A stretch of 64,000 nt of DNA from Macrostomum hystrix. Taxonomy: Eukaryota > Animalia > Platyhelminthes. The translations under genes and the position numbers were made by a program. The stretch lies in NCBI GenBank assembly GCA_950097015.1, contig CATNEN010000001.1, positions 4,340,001-4,404,000 on the forward strand, given 5' to 3'. The notes beneath the pieces are model-generated. The model did no database searches, was not told the DNA's origin, and saw only the letters and a list, made by a program, of their open reading frames with translations. This document shows positions 22,040 to 36,159 of the stretch, piece after piece (within the stretch, counting starts at the first letter, position 1; each line of letters starts with the position of its first letter).

Positions 22040-22423
22040 AATAATAATAATTGACACTAGACCCAAGGGCCAGTGCAGGTGTTGTGTGTCAAGCACACTA
22101 GCAGGTGGGGACTGCACACCTATTGTACTCCCCGGCTCTCTCGGACACCGGTTGACAGCCGCGTGTCAGCAATGGAATTTATTTTTTCCAAACATATCGG
22201 CACCATTCAAACCCACTGAATTGCCGCATAGAAACTGCTTTATTCCACGCCAGCCGGAATTATTACCCGACGAAATGTCGGTACTCATTTGCAGCTGAGT
22301 AGACTGTGTGCACATCAGGGTAAAGCAGCTTGCCAAAGGCTGCACGAATAGTTCTAGGTCGGGAGTCGAACCCAGGGCCATCTGATCCAGAGTCTGACAC
22401 CTTACTGACTGAACTATCCGCCC
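22040..22423 (-). mobile_element. tRNA-derived SINE with a CORE-like central domain
   Basis: Head gggcggatagttcagtcagtaa (A box) and ggttcgactccc (B box); cctttggcaag...ctcagctgcaaatgagtac; (ATT)n tail; TSD tgcattct at 22032-22039 and 22424-22431. Confidence 0.8.
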
Positions 22424-23755
22424 TGCATTCTGCAAAATAATAAAAGTGCTTTACTTCGGATCTAGATGAAAAGAAAGCGGCACAATGCTCGATGTCGAAG
22501 CAAGGTTAGACATATATTGGCTGCCGTTTTCAGCAACAGAAAAGAATCAGCAACAGAAAAGACGAGAGGTCTCGCTTGCATTGAGCGTCAGAAAAGTCCA
22601 GTCATTGAAATCTGCTATGTACGAGTTATTTATTCGAATCAAATCGCTTAATCAGCCAAGAGACCAATATCACTATTGTCATATATATACGCACTTTCGG
22701 GTGCTAAAAGCAGTTACGCAAACCTATTCAATTGGCGGAATCGGGCCCTCTGTTCTGCTAACACACTTGCGGGCGAGAAAAGCAGTCACGAAATCCAATT
22801 CAATTAAGAATATCGACCCTGTTCTGTGCTACTAACGCACGCTTTGGCGAGAAAATGCACAGATGTAATATCCTTAAAAGTATAGCAGAAAATGACCGCT
22901 TTTTCAAATATTTATTGCTTTTATAGAAGGCGAATATTTTAGAGAGAAAAATCGTGAAAATCGGACAACGCGTTTGATAGAACAACGATAAGATCACTTT
23001 TTACACTGATTGAATTGACACATGGTTTTCATTGCATATGTATAATTTGGTTGAATTCTCTCTTCATATTACATTTTAGGATCTAAGCACAATTAGCTCT
23101 ACAATTAGTTCACACATGGTTGTATCTCTTCCCTTATTCTGTGCTTCTTGGGTTTGTCCTAAACATTAAAAATTAGACAAGGCACAAGCATTCAGCCCAC
23201 ATTTCTACGCAAGAATAATGTGCAGAATAGTAGTAAACCTCAAATTCATAGCGCAGTCCATTCTCCTCTACAACATCTCTCATTGGACAATGGTGGTTCG
23301 AACTTTGTTAATAGATCTTTAATCTTAAAGTTGAGTTAGGTCAATGCTTTCTGAAAGTAACTAAATGCGACATAGTTGCATTATATTTTAACCAGATTGC
23401 ATTATTTAGTGTTAGTGTTTCCCCCATTTGTTTTTAATGTTTTGTTGCCTGTGATATAAGGCTATACTAAATCATAATGTATGTGTAGCCTCTACTTAAA
23501 GTGGTATATCGTATATCAGATTTATAATCACAACTACATGCTTGAATAGGTAACAGATCTACTGATCTCGCTAGAATCCAATTGGCTGCTAAATTTCTTG
23601 GTCTATCATTGGCTAATACCATTTGCCTAATTTGCCTAAATAGCAACATATTTATCAGGTGTTATCTTCACATTATCTGCTGTTTACTCGTTGCCAGTTT
23701 ATCCAAGGAGTAACTAAGCAGTTGCAAAACACAATAAAAGAACTGAAAAAAGGCA

Positions 23756-26700
23756 ATGGACAAAAATGGCCCGCAAAAGCAAGAAGCCTCCGCTGCTCCA
23801 TCAAGTTCGCGTCAGCCGCCGCCAGCTATCGAACTTACAGAGGCCACCGACAATCATCCGGATGAAAATGCTCGCCTAGTATCCAAATTATCCATCGAAG
23901 AGAAGGACAAAACCTACGAACAATATAAGGAGATTAAGAAAGAGCAAAGTGGCAGTTTGAACTGTGTACTAGCTGTATCGGCGTTTGGTATCTCCCTGGG
24001 CCTATCCTTGCCGCACGGTTTCAATACGGGCGTGCTGAATCCGCAAGAACTATTTATTAAAGAATTTCTTAACGACAGCTACACGGAAAGATTTGGCGAC
24101 TCGCCAACTAAAGCTTCTCTGGAGCTGATGTGGTCGCTAGTTGTGTCAACTTATCTAGTTGGCGGCATGGCCGGTTCATTGTCTTTTGGTGTCATCTCCG
24201 ACAAGCTTGGCAGGTGAGTGATGAAGATATTCTTTTTTAATGTAGTCCGTAGCTTTGTTGGTTTCTGAGCTCTTTCCTTCTTAAGCTTATGTGTCCTCCC
24301 TCAGGTCCTTCCGTTTGCTAAGATAATCTTCCTCAGGTCCTTCAGTTTGCTAAGATAATCTTCCTCAGGTCCTTCAGTTTGCTAAGATCATCTTCCTCAG
24401 GTCCTTCAGTTTGCTAAGATCATCTTCCTCAGGTCCTTCAGTTTGCTAAGATCAACTTCCTCAGGTCCTTCAGTTTGCTAAGATAATCTTCCTCAGGTCC
24501 TTCCGTTTGCTAAGATCATCTTCCTCAGGTCCTTCAGTTTGCTAAGATCAACTTCCTCAGGTCCTTCAGTTTGCTAAGATAATCTTCCTCAGGTCCTTCC
24601 GTTTGCTAAGATCATCTTCCTCAGGTCCTTCAGTTTGCTAAGATCATCTTCCTCAGGTCCTTCAGTTTGCTAAGATCATCTTCCTCAGGTCCTTCAGTTT
24701 GCTAAGATCATCTTCCTCAGGTCCTTCAGTTTGCTAAGATCATCTTCCTTAGGTCCTTCAGTTTGCTAAGATAATCTTCCTCAGGTCCTTCAGTTTGCTA
24801 AGATCATCTTCCTCAGGTCCTTCAGTTTGCTAAGATCATCTTCCTCAGGTCCTTCAGTTTGCTAAGATCATCTTCCTCAGGTCCTTCAGTTTGCTAAGAT
24901 CAACTTCCTCAGGTCCTTCAGTTTGCTAAGATAATCTTCCTCAGGTCCTTCCGTTTGCTAAGATCATCTTCCTCAGGTCCTTCAGTTTGCTAAGATCATC
25001 TTCCTCAGGTCCTTCAGTTTGCTAAGATCATCTTCCTCAGGTCCTTCAGTTTGCTAAGATCATCTTCCTCAGGTCCTTCAGTTTGCTAAGATCATCTTCC
25101 TTAGGTCCTTCAGTTTGCTAAGATAATCTTCCTCAGGTCCTTCAGTTTGCTAAGATAATCTTCCTCAGGTCCTTCAGCTTCCTAAATTACCTTCTATACA
25201 TTACAGCTTTTTAAAGCTTCTACTGGCCATTTAGTTGGCTCCTATGACATTCATTTGACCCAATCACATAGACGTTTTAGTTGTTCCATCAGTTAGATTA
25301 CTGTGTAATTTTATGCATGACTTTATTACTTTAATTCGGCATATTGCACCGAGCCTAATTTCTCTAATCAGATGCTTAGTCAGTCAGTCAGTTTTTTTCT
25401 GTCAAACTAGTCTAACAGTTCTATTATGCTTTCATTTCCTGACTAACTGAATTAATTAGCTCTATTTTTTCCTCGCATTTAAATTACATTAGAATAATTC
25501 AGCTAGCAATGCTTTTAACTAGGCCCAGGCATTCTATAAATACTACACAACACATGTATGGCTTTCTAATTTGAGCGAAATCCGTCCTCCTTGCTGACCT
25601 CAAATTGTCAGGGCTTGCAACATTTTTAGCTGTTGCAATCTTAACTTTTAGTCCCTGAATATCCACTTCTTGTCGCTGAATCGCAATTTCTAGTCCCTGA
25701 ATCTTAACTTCTAGTCCCTGAATCTCCACTTCTAGTCCCTGAATCTCAACTTCTAGTCCCTGAATCTCAACTCTCTAGTCTCTGAATCTCAATGTCTAGT
25801 CCCTAAATCTCAACTCTCTAGTCTCTGAATCTCTATCTCTATTCCCTGGATATCGAGTCTAGTCTCATATCTTCAATTTTTAGCCCCTGAAACTTTTCGT
25901 CTATTTTCTTCGAATCTCGAACTTAGGTCTCTAATTCTCGTGACCTCTATTTGTCAGCGCAATTGATAAAGTAGATATTACGGGGATTCTAATTGAGTGA
26001 ACATATATTTTTGTTCTGATGCATAACTTTAGTTGCTAGATTTTCTCACATTAGCAAAAGGGACTTGAAAGAAAAATCGTTTACTTTTTAATTAGAGACT
26101 GAAATAATTCGTCCTTTTAATTCTCGTTTTGCCTTGCTAATACTGTCATCCAGTATATGATATTCATTGCTAACCCTTGAGCAATTATTCGTTTGTTCAT
26201 ATCTTTCATTCCAGGAAGAAAGCTGCCTATGTTTTCCTGGCGTTCGTTGCTTTGAGCTCAATTTTCTTCGCCCTTTGCAAGGTGGCCAACTCCATGGAGA
26301 TGCTGTTTCTTGGCCGGCTCATTGTTGGCTTCGGATGCGGTGAGACAGCATTGCCTGTTGAATGCTAACTGTTTGTTTTGTTAATTTTCCTAATTAGAGA
26401 ACAGTCAGTAAGAAGATATCTTAGGTCCTTGTTACTCGTTCTAGAATCCTGATATTCGATCCCTTTCTAGTTCCATAATTCCTAGTTCATGTTCCAGAAT
26501 CCCAAGATTTAATCCTAGAATCCCAGTTTGAGATCCAGAATCCCAAGTTCTAATCCCGGAATCCCAGTTTGAGTTCCAGAATCCCAAATTTTAGTTTTAG
26601 AATCCCTAATTCTATTTCAGAATCCCTCGTTATAGTCCCATAATATCATATTCTAGCTTCATAATCCCAGAATCACAGAATGCCAAGTTCTAGTCACAGA

Positions 26701-29700
26701 ATGCCAAGTTCTAGTCACAGAATGCCAAGTTCTAGTCACAGAATGCCAAGTTCTAGTCACAGAATGCCAAGTTCTAATCACAGAATGCCAAGTTCTAATC
26801 ACAGAATGCCAAGTTCTAATCACAGAATGCCAAGTTCTAATCACAGAATGCCAAGTTCTAGTCACAGAATGCCAAGTTCTAGTCACAGAATGCCAAGTTC
26901 TAGTCACAGAATGCCAAGTTCTAGTCACAGAATGCCAAGTTCTAGTCACAGAATGCCAAGTTCTAGTCACAGAATGCCAAGTTCTAGTCACAGAATGCCA
27001 AGTTCTAGTCACAGAATGCCAAGTTCTAGTCACAGAATGCCAAGTTCTAGTCACAGAATGCCAAGTTCTAGTCACAGAATGCCAAGTTCTAGTCACAGAA
27101 TGCCAAGTTCTAATCACAGAATGCCAAGTTCTAGTCACAGAATGCCAAGTTCTAATCACAGAATGCCAAGTTCTAATCACAGAATGCCAAGTTCTAGTCA
27201 CAGAATGCCAAGTTCTAGTCACAGAATGCCAAGTTCTAGTCACAGAATGCCAAGTTCTAGTCACAGAATGCCAAGTTCTAGTCACAGAATGCCAAGTTCT
27301 AGTCACAGAATGCCAAGTTCTAGTCACAGAATGCCAAGTTCTAGTCACAGAATGCCAAGTTCTAGTCACAGAATGCCAAGTTCTAGTCACAGAATGCCAA
27401 GTTCTAGTCACAGAATGCCAAGTTCTAGTCACAGAATGCCAAGTTCTAGTCACAGAATCCCAAGTTCTGGTTCCAGAATCCCAAATTCTTCATACTGAAT
27501 CTCATGCTCTAGTTCCATAATGTTGTGTGTCACTTCTAGAATTTCGAGGTCTATTTACCGAGTCTCCGATTTTTTTTGCATCCAATGCTCCAGTTTCAAG
27601 TCTGAAATCTATATTTTTTATTGCTCGAATATATTCACGTCTGCTCCGTTGCTGTTTTATGCTAGGCTTAAAAGGCACACAGATTTAAAAACAGATATTT
27701 GTTATATCTGACAATATTAGTATGTTTGAGGCACGCTTGAAAACAAGTTTATTAATAGAAAATAAATCACTCATTAGTTTTAGTAGATTTGATGATGAAG
27801 TCCATATTGTGACAATTATTTCTTGTGTGGGTGTGGATGGGTGTAATTTGTCAGTTCTTTCATCTCTTTTCATCCATGTCTCGCGCAACACCTGTCTATC
27901 AATTTATCTGCCCACACGAACATCGCCTCATATTGTCTTTTGTACCATTACTAGAATAATAATAGACAGTGGAGAGAAACGATTGTTTTCCACTTCAATA
28001 GCCTGACAAAAAGATGATGCAGTAGAGAGAAGAGAGATAGACTGTAAAGTAATACTTTGTGTGTACAGACGAGATCGTGTGTCCGTGTGTGGATCTTTGT
28101 ACGCCTAACAAGCCTACCCTCGTCTTTCCCTAGTACGTGTGTGTCCAGTGTGTGAGGGTGTGTCCATTCGACCAAGCCTCTCTATCTCTCACTCTATATA
28201 ATCAGTCTATTCTAGATTACTGGCTGTCTACTGAAGCCTGCCTTCTGTCACAGCTTTTTTCTACCCTTTAATTCTCTGGTCTCTCTCTAACTCGGCTTCT
28301 CTTTTAGCTCCCTTTCCTTTCAAAGCCTTCATTTTCGTGCTTGGTACTTTGTTCCTTCCTTCGCGTTTCTTTTTTTCCCCATTTTTCCCATTTCCCCCTA
28401 AGCCTTCAGCAACTGACCGGATTTATGTGTTCCTATTTGCGTCACTTTCTGGCACAACTATACCTGTTTTCTCGTTTCTCGAAGCAATGCCATTGTTCGA
28501 ACACTTTACTTATCATCTATTCATTTAACGAATAGATAATTGATCAATTACAGTGGCGGATCCAGGGGGGGGGGGCGGGGGGGCGGCCGCCCCCCACTTT
28601 CGCCGTGGCTGGACTTGCATGGAAGGGAGATATTTTAATTTTGGGCTCCTCAACCCACAAAGTCCAAGTTCTTCATTATATTTCCATTGCTTCTATGGTC
28701 TGTCTGCTTTTCCTTGGAATGGAAATTGCATCCCATGGAACATTGTCGGTTCGGTTTTATTTATTTCTAGCCAAACCAAACGATTGCTTATTCGCGTCTC
28801 ACTGCAACACGTACATTCTATTCAAATTTCAAATTAAAATATTATAGTGTTGGTCTTCTCACATTGTCATTGACTTTCTTTTAAATGAAGCCTTGATAAC
28901 TCACTAAATATAATTGTCAATATTGGCCAAAACGGGTTAGTTCTTCCCGAGACCCGAGCCAACTTCTACTACTACCCTCATGTGTCAGAGTCATTTGCAC
29001 CACTCTAGGCATTAAAATGTATGCAAAAATTGATATATCCTCTCAAGATCTTGTATTGAGCATAGATGAAAGATAGATGGATTGGGATTACTTAGTTTCT
29101 AGTTTCTGTACTCGCATATCCGCCACCCCACTTAAGAAATCCTGGATCCGCCACTGATCAATTAATTGCTTTCACAGTCCCATTCGATTAGATATTCAGT
29201 TTTGTAGATGACTGTAATCATAATTTACCTCACTTTACGTCTAATAAATTGCTTCTGCTAAAAGTGCTTTCTGCCGTTTCGTTTGTTAGGTTCTATTTTT
29301 AGAAGATTTGCTGCCAAAGTACATTGCATTCAGTCGCTTACTCTTTATATGCTCGACATTTAACTATATTACAAATGGCACTCTAATCTCTATTAACTGA
29401 CCTTTTAATATACTCCATGCGTCTCTACCCCGTCTCTCTCTGTGCACCTGTCATTTCCATGGCTGGCTCGCTTATCAATTTATTTTTCAATCTACCAATA
29501 TACCATCCCCCTGTCTCTCTCACCTGTTATATCAATCTACCCATCTGCCATCCCCCTGTCTCTCTCACCTGTTATATCAATCTACCCATCTGCCATTCCC
29601 CTGTCTCTCTCACCTGTTATATCAATCTACCCATCTGCCATTCCCCTGTCTCTCTCACCTGTTATATCAATCTAGCAATATACCATCCCCCTGTCTCTCT

Positions 29701-32700
29701 CACCTGTTATATCAATCTAACCATCTGCCATTCCCCTGTCTCTCTCACCTGTTATATCAATCTAACCATCTGCCATTCCCCTGTCTCTCTCACCTGTTAT
29801 ATCAATCTACCCATCTGCCATCCCCCTGTCTCTCTCACCTGTTATATCAATCTACCAATATACCATCCCCTGTCTCTCTCACCTGTTATATCAATCTACC
29901 CATCTGCCATTCCCCTGTCTCTGTCACCTGTTATATCAATCTACCCATCTGCCATCCCCCTGTCTCTCTCACCTGTTATATCAATCTACCCATCTGCCAT
30001 TCCCCTGTCTCTGTCACCTGTTATATCAATCTACCCATCTGCCATCCCCCTGTCTCTCTCACCTGTTATATCAATCTACCCATCTGCCATCCCCCTGTCT
30101 CTGTCACCTGTTATATCAATCTACCCATCTGCCATCCCCCTGTCTCTCTCACCTGTTATATCAATCTACCCTTCTGCCATCCCCCTGTCTCTGTCACCTG
30201 TTATATCAATCTACCCATCTGCCATCCCCCTGTCTCTCTCACCTGTTATACAATCTACCAATATACCATCCCCTGTCTCTCTCACCTGTTATATCAATCT
30301 ACCCATCTGCCATTCCCCTGTCTCTGTCACCTGTTATATCAATCTACCCATCTGCCATCCCCCTTTCTCTCTCACCTGTTATATCCATCTACCCTTCTGC
30401 CTTCTGCCACTCACTCACCTGTTATTTGAAGTCCTTTCTTCTAAAAGCAGACATTATTTTATGTGAAAATATACTTGTTGCAGGTGCTGGATCGGGATTA
30501 TCGCCTCTATTCCTGACCGAAATCGCTCCCGTTAACATTCGCGGCGCTATGGGCGTACTACACCAACTAATGCTAACTATTGGCATACTGATTTCTCAAC
30601 TTCTCGGCCTCAGGCAGTTATTGGGCCGTTCAGATACGTGGCCCTACCTGTGCGCTCTGGTGTCGGCTCCCTGCCTATTCTGCCTAGCCGTTATTCCGTT
30701 CATACCGGACTCGCCGCGCTATCTAGTTGTCCAATTAAACGACGAAGTAGCCGCCGAGAAAGCTTTGAAACGCCTGCGCAAGGTGGACAATGTTTCCGCT
30801 GCCATGCTGGAACTGCGTATGGATCGCCGACGAGCTGAATTGCAGCCAGCTTGGACCATACCAATGATACTGCGGGAGAAGAATTTTCGCTTGCCTCTAT
30901 TGCTAGTGGTGTGCGTCAATTTAGCCCAACAATTGTCTGGCATCAATGTGGCTTTCTATTATAGTCACAATGTGTTGAAGCGATCCGGAATACCGTTGGA
31001 TTCTATTCAGTACGCTGTGCTTGCTATCGGAGCTATTAATGTGGCCATGACTGGCGTATCGGTGAGTGGCTTTGGTCTGTACTTTATTTGCTTTCTTCAG
31101 GTTTGACATTTCTTCAGGTCTTCAGGTTTGACATTTCTTCAGGTCTTCAGGTTTGACATTTCTTCAGGTCTTCAGGTTTGACATTTCTTCAGGTCTTCAG
31201 GTTTGACATTTCTTCAGTACTTCAGGTTTGACATTTCTTCAGTACTTCAGGTTTGACATTTCTTCAGGTTTTCAGGTTTTACATTTCTTCAGTACTTCAG
31301 GTTTGACATTTCTTCAGGTTTTCAGGTTTGACATTTCTTCAGTACTTCAGGTTTGACATTTCTTCAGGTCTTCAGGTTTGACATTTCTTCAGTACTTCAG
31401 GTTTGACATTTCTTCAGTACTTCAGGTTTGACATTTCTTCAGGTTTTCAGGTTTGACATTTCTTCAGTACTTCAGGTTTGACATTTCTTCAGGTCTTCAG
31501 GTTTGATATTTCTTCAGGTCTTCAGGTTTGACATTTCTTCAGTACTTCAGGTTTGACATTTCTTCAGGTCTTCAGGTTTGACATTTCTTCAGTACTTTAG
31601 GTTTGACATTTCTTCAGGTCTTCAGTTTGGGATTTGTTCAGATCTTCAGATTGGGGATTTGTTCAGATCTTCAGATTGGGATTAGTTCAGATCTTCAGAT
31701 TGGGGATTAGTTCAGATCTTCAGTTTGAGGATTAGTTCAGATCTTCAGTTTGGGGATTAGTTCAGGTCTTCAGTTTGAGGATTAGTTCAGATCTTCAGTT
31801 TGGGGATTTGTTCAGATCTTCAGATTGGGATTAGTTCAGATCTTCAGATTGGGATTAGTTCAGATCTTCAGATTGGGGATTTGTTCAGATCTTCAGATTG
31901 GGGATTTGTTCAGATCTTCAGATTGGGATTAGTTCAGATCTTCAGATTGGGATTAGTTCAGATCTTCAGATTGGGGATTAGTTCAGATCTTCAGATTGGG
32001 GATTAGTTCAGATCTTCAGTTTGAGGATTAGTTCAGATCTTCAGATTGGGGATTAGTTCAGATCTTCAGATTGGGGATTAGTTCAGATCTTCAGATTGGG
32101 GATTTGTTCAGATCTTCAGTTTGAGGATTTGTTCAGATCTTCAGTTTGAGGATTTGTTCAGATCTTCAGTTTGAGGATTTGTTCAGAGGATTTGTTCAGA
32201 TATTTAAGTTGGGATTTCTTAAATCTTCAGGTCGATGGTGTTTTTTTTATCGTCAGGCCAGGATATAAGATCTTAGATTTGCAATTATACAAATCAATCT
32301 AGGGGCTGGATTAAACCCATTTTAAAAGGCAGGCCCTTTCTTAAAGCTTTTACTGCTAGTTAATTAAGTCCCTGGATTTTATAGCTACATAGATTTCCTA
32401 AGTATTTAATAAGGAAGTTCAATCGATAATTACTTTTTCGTCCGTGTTTTCAGATAACTAGGTTAAATACAAACTAAATTTCCGTATTTTTTCCTTGCCT
32501 TTGCAGAAAATTCCACAATCTAGGCATTGCTGAACTTCTGATAAACTCTATTTTATGTTGTCTATGCTAGGTCGCGAGTTCGATTCTCAGGCCAATGGAA
32601 GCAGTTCATATTCTTCGAAAGACACTAAACTCCCAGGTTATTAACTAGCCAGTATTAGCTGTTCTAGAAATTCTAGGTAGTTTTTCTCCAGTCCATGGAC

Positions 32701-35700
32701 TGTAATGTAAAATTGTTAAGCATATACAGATCAAAGTAATTCATTCTTTAATTATATTAAAAGGGCAATAAAAGCATTGTCAAATTTCAAAGTCCTTCTC
32801 ATACGAGCTAGTGGCTTTTATCATTACTGAAGTTAGTTGGGGCTAAGTTAGACTTAGCTTAGCTTGCAGCATTTTGTTCTGTACTGCAATAGCTACCCCG
32901 CTACATATTGTCTTTAGCTATTTCTCTTCTTTTCGTCCATTTAACATTTAGCATTTGCTCCTATTCTCATTCTATCTATCTAATAGGCAACTACTGAGCT
33001 ATTGAGTGCAGTTTATTCTGCAAGTTTCAACTTGTTATTTGCTGGACATTGTCTCTCTTTTTTGGATGCTTAAGTGGTATTTTTCTTCCACCGTTGACGT
33101 GTTTTTGTAGTCAAGATATCATCACTTTAACAGAACTACCAAGGGGGGGGGGATTTCCCCCCCTCCGACAATTTTTTGCTGCACCCGAACGGAACAATGC
33201 AAGCACACGAAACTCAAGAACACGGGCCAAATTTTTGTTGCGCATCTTCTGAAACAAGAAACAAGTCGCCAGCTCTTCAGACCGTCGAGATATTCAATGT
33301 TTCTGGCCGAAGGTCCGATTTTTCCCATAAGAGCTAGTGTATTTCATACAGCCCTATACACGAATTTGCACTGCGCCTCAGTGCGGCCTTTCCAGACCTT
33401 CAAACTTTATCAGCATGTCACCCGAATGTGCCTGCATCATCTCCGACTTCGGCGGTCACCGACCTTTATCTAGATCTATCTCTCTTATCTATCTAGACCT
33501 TCAAGAGCTACAACAGGTGGAAATAGGCCACTATGGACACCCTGACGCGAATTTCTCCAATTTCACTGTCCAAGCCTAACTATTAGGCGCAGCTCAACCA
33601 CAGGACACCCTCGACTAGTCTGTCAACCAATCAGTCACCCCCAAAGCATTCAGGCGTTGGCAAAAACATTTTCGGGGGGGAAATCCCCCCTTGGTATAAA
33701 AACGGGCGGCAAAATGGCTTGGTAGTCCTACTGTTAACGGGCAGAGAGAGACAGATTAATATGCAAACAATTGACAAGCTGTCATTTTTCTAGCAATTTG
33801 GAAAATGTTTGGATTATAGTGTCTTGTTTTGTTATAATTTTATCAGTTTTTGAATTTCTGATAACTTATCATGATTCTGAAATTAATTTGATATTTTGTC
33901 ATTGAAATGCTACTTTAAGTAGCGTGATTTACATAAACTAATAATTGAATAACTATTGATTGAATCAGGTTGCCCTAGTTGAAAAGTTCGGCCGCAAACT
34001 GCTGCTGCTAATCTCTCACGTTGGCATGTTTATTGCCGCCTGCATGCTGACCGTGGCTTTGAATGTCATGACTAACTTCGATATCGGCTGGATGGCCTAC
34101 GTCGCCGTCATCTCCCTAGTTGCCTTCGTAGTGATGTTCGCCATCGGCCTGGGCTGCATTCCCCAGTTCCTCGGCTCCGAATTGTTCCTAACTGGGCCAA
34201 GGCCGGCAGCTATGGCTCTGGCTGCGTTCGGCAATTGGCTGGGCAATCTCTTTGTTGGCCTGCTGTTTCCGTTTATGGCGGTAAGCTCAGCTTAATGTAC
34301 TTTTATGGGGTGGGTTAGTAATTGGCATTTTTTGTAATTGCGGAAAATTCCATGGTAGTGATATCTCAAAAAATTCAGTTGGAAAGTTTTAGGACTGGTT
34401 GGCATCTCAGATTAGGGATATTTTAGGTCAGGGAGATCTCAGATTTGGGATATTTTAGGATAGGGAGATCTCAGAGTAGAGATATATTAGGACAGGGAGA
34501 TCTCAGAGTAGGGATATTTATGAACAGATAGATCTCAGAGTAGGGATATTTTAGGACAGAGATCTCAGAGTAGGGATATTTTAGGACAGAGATCTCAGAG
34601 TAGGGATATTTTAGGACAGAGATCTCAGAGTAGGGATATTTTAGGACATGGAAATCTCAGAGTAGGGATACTTTAGGACAGGGAGATCTCAGAGTAGGGA
34701 TATTTTAGGACAGGGGATTTCAGATTTGGGATATTTATGTACAGATAGATCTCAGATTAGGGATATTTTAGGACAGGGAGATCTCAGATTAGGGATATTT
34801 TAGGTCAGGGAGATCTCAGATTTGGGATATTTTAGAACAGAGATCTCAGAGTAGGGATATTTTAGAACAGAGAGATCTCAGAGTAGGGATATTTATGAAC
34901 AGATAGATCTCAGATTTGGGATATTTTAGGACAGAGATCTCAGAGTAGGGATATTTTATAACAGAGAGATCTCAGATTTGGGATATTTTAGGACAGGGAG
35001 ATCTCATAGTAAGGATATTTTAGGACAGGGGGATCTCAGAGTAGGGATATTTTAGGACAGGGGGATCTCATAGTAAGGATATTTTAGAACAGAGATCTCA
35101 GAGTAGGGATATTTTCGAACAGAGAGATCTCAGAGTAAGGATATTTTAGAACAGAGATCTCAGAGTAGGGATATTTTAGAACAGAGAGATCTCAGAGTAG
35201 GGATATTTTAGAACAGAGAGATTTCAGAGTAGGGTTATTTTAGGACAGAGATCTCAGAGTAGGGATATTTTAGGACATGGAAATCTCAGAGTAGGGATAT
35301 TTTAGAACAGAGAGATTTCAGAGTAGGGTTATTTTAGGACGGAGATCTCAGAGTAGGGATATTTTAGAACAGAGAGATCTCAGATTTGGGATATTTTAGG
35401 ACAGGGAGATCTCAGAGTAGGGATATTTTAGGACAGAGAGATCTCAGATTTGGGATATTTTAGGACAGGGAGATCTCAGAGTAGGGATATTTTAGAACAG
35501 AGAGATCTCAGAGTAGGGATATTTTAGAACAGAGAGATCTCAGAGTAGGGATATTTTAGGACAGGGGGATCTCAGAGTAAGGATATTTTAGGACAGGGAT
35601 TTTCAGGGATATTTTACAACGGCAGGAAATCCCATAGTAGAGATACATTATGGATATAGTGAATGATAGGTATGGTTGGGATAATTTAGCACGTTGAAGA

Positions 35701-36076
35701 TCTTCAGAGATTGGCCTACAAACTCGTTTGAAATGAGACTACTAATTCAATTGCATGGTTTGCAATCCCATCTAACCAGACTTTCATGGGCAACTGGTGC
35801 TTCGTGCCCTTCCTAGTCTGTCTGGCCGCATCGTTCATCTTTCTATTTATTAAACTGCCGGAGACCAAGGGCCGCACAGCTGAAGAGATGGCGTCAAGAT
35901 TCGGCACAGACCACGGCATGCCGAAGGTTGGCAGCCGCAGTTCAAACATGCTCGAATTGGTCAGCGATCATCTGGTACACATGCACGACGGAGACTCGAC
36001 AGTTAATCGAGTGCCGGATAAAGCCATTCAGGATTACATCGCTTCGCAGAATAGCCTCAGAAAAGTGGAAGTGTGA
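23756..36076 (+). CDS. Facilitated sugar transporter, SLC2A/GLUT family (MFS), 5 exons, ~589 aa
   Basis: Exons 23756-24213, 26215-26339, 30484-31061, 33969-34280, 35780-36076; GT-AG with consistent phases. Motifs GFNTGVLN, DKLGRK, LTEIAPVNIRG, PDSPRYL, QQLSGINVAFYYS, VEKFGRK, PETKG. Confidence 0.95.
24295..25180. repeat. 32-bp minisatellite (tcttcctcaggtccttcagtttgctaagatca), SLC2A intron 1
   Basis: About 27 near-identical tandem units. Confidence 0.95.
25630..25900. repeat. Degenerate ~21-bp repeat (ctagtccctgaatctcaactt)
   Basis: Tandem copies visible. Confidence 0.8.
26670..27480. repeat. 21-bp minisatellite (cacagaatgccaagttctagt), SLC2A intron 2
   Basis: About 37 copies; degenerate precursor from ~26440; explains the MPSSSHR and TRTWHSV ORFs. 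Confidence 0.95.
28551..29156. mobile_element. Non-autonomous hAT-type MITE
   Basis: TIR cagtggcggatccagg / cctggatccgccactg; 8-bp TSD atcaatta at 28543-28550 and 29157-29164. Confidence 0.9.
29490..30425. repeat. 45-bp minisatellite (ctgtctctctcacctgttatatcaatctacccatctgccatcccc)
   Basis: About 20 copies, ending ~60 bp before the exon 3 acceptor. Confidence 0.95.
31090..32200. repeat. 25-bp minisatellite (ttcaggtttgacatttcttcaggtc) switching at ~31620 to a related 24-25-bp unit (ttcagattggggattagttcagatc)
   Basis: Tandem arrays starting ~30 bp after the exon 3 donor. Confidence 0.95.
33131..33733. mobile_element. TTAA-flanked MITE (piggyBac-like)
   Basis: TTAA at 33127-33130 and 33734-33737; imperfect TIR cag(aa/tagga)ctaccaag; subterminal inverted taccaag(G)n-atttccccccc / ggggggg-aaatccccccttggta. 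Confidence 0.7.
34400..35610. repeat. 30-32-bp minisatellite (gagatctcagagtagggatattttaggaca), SLC2A intron 4
   Basis: Tandem copies. Confidence 0.95.
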
Positions 36077-36159
36077 TACTTTAACACAGAAATCTCTCTT
36101 TTTATAGTCTATAGTTTATGACCGATGAATCACAGAACTATCATTTGAAACACACAATT

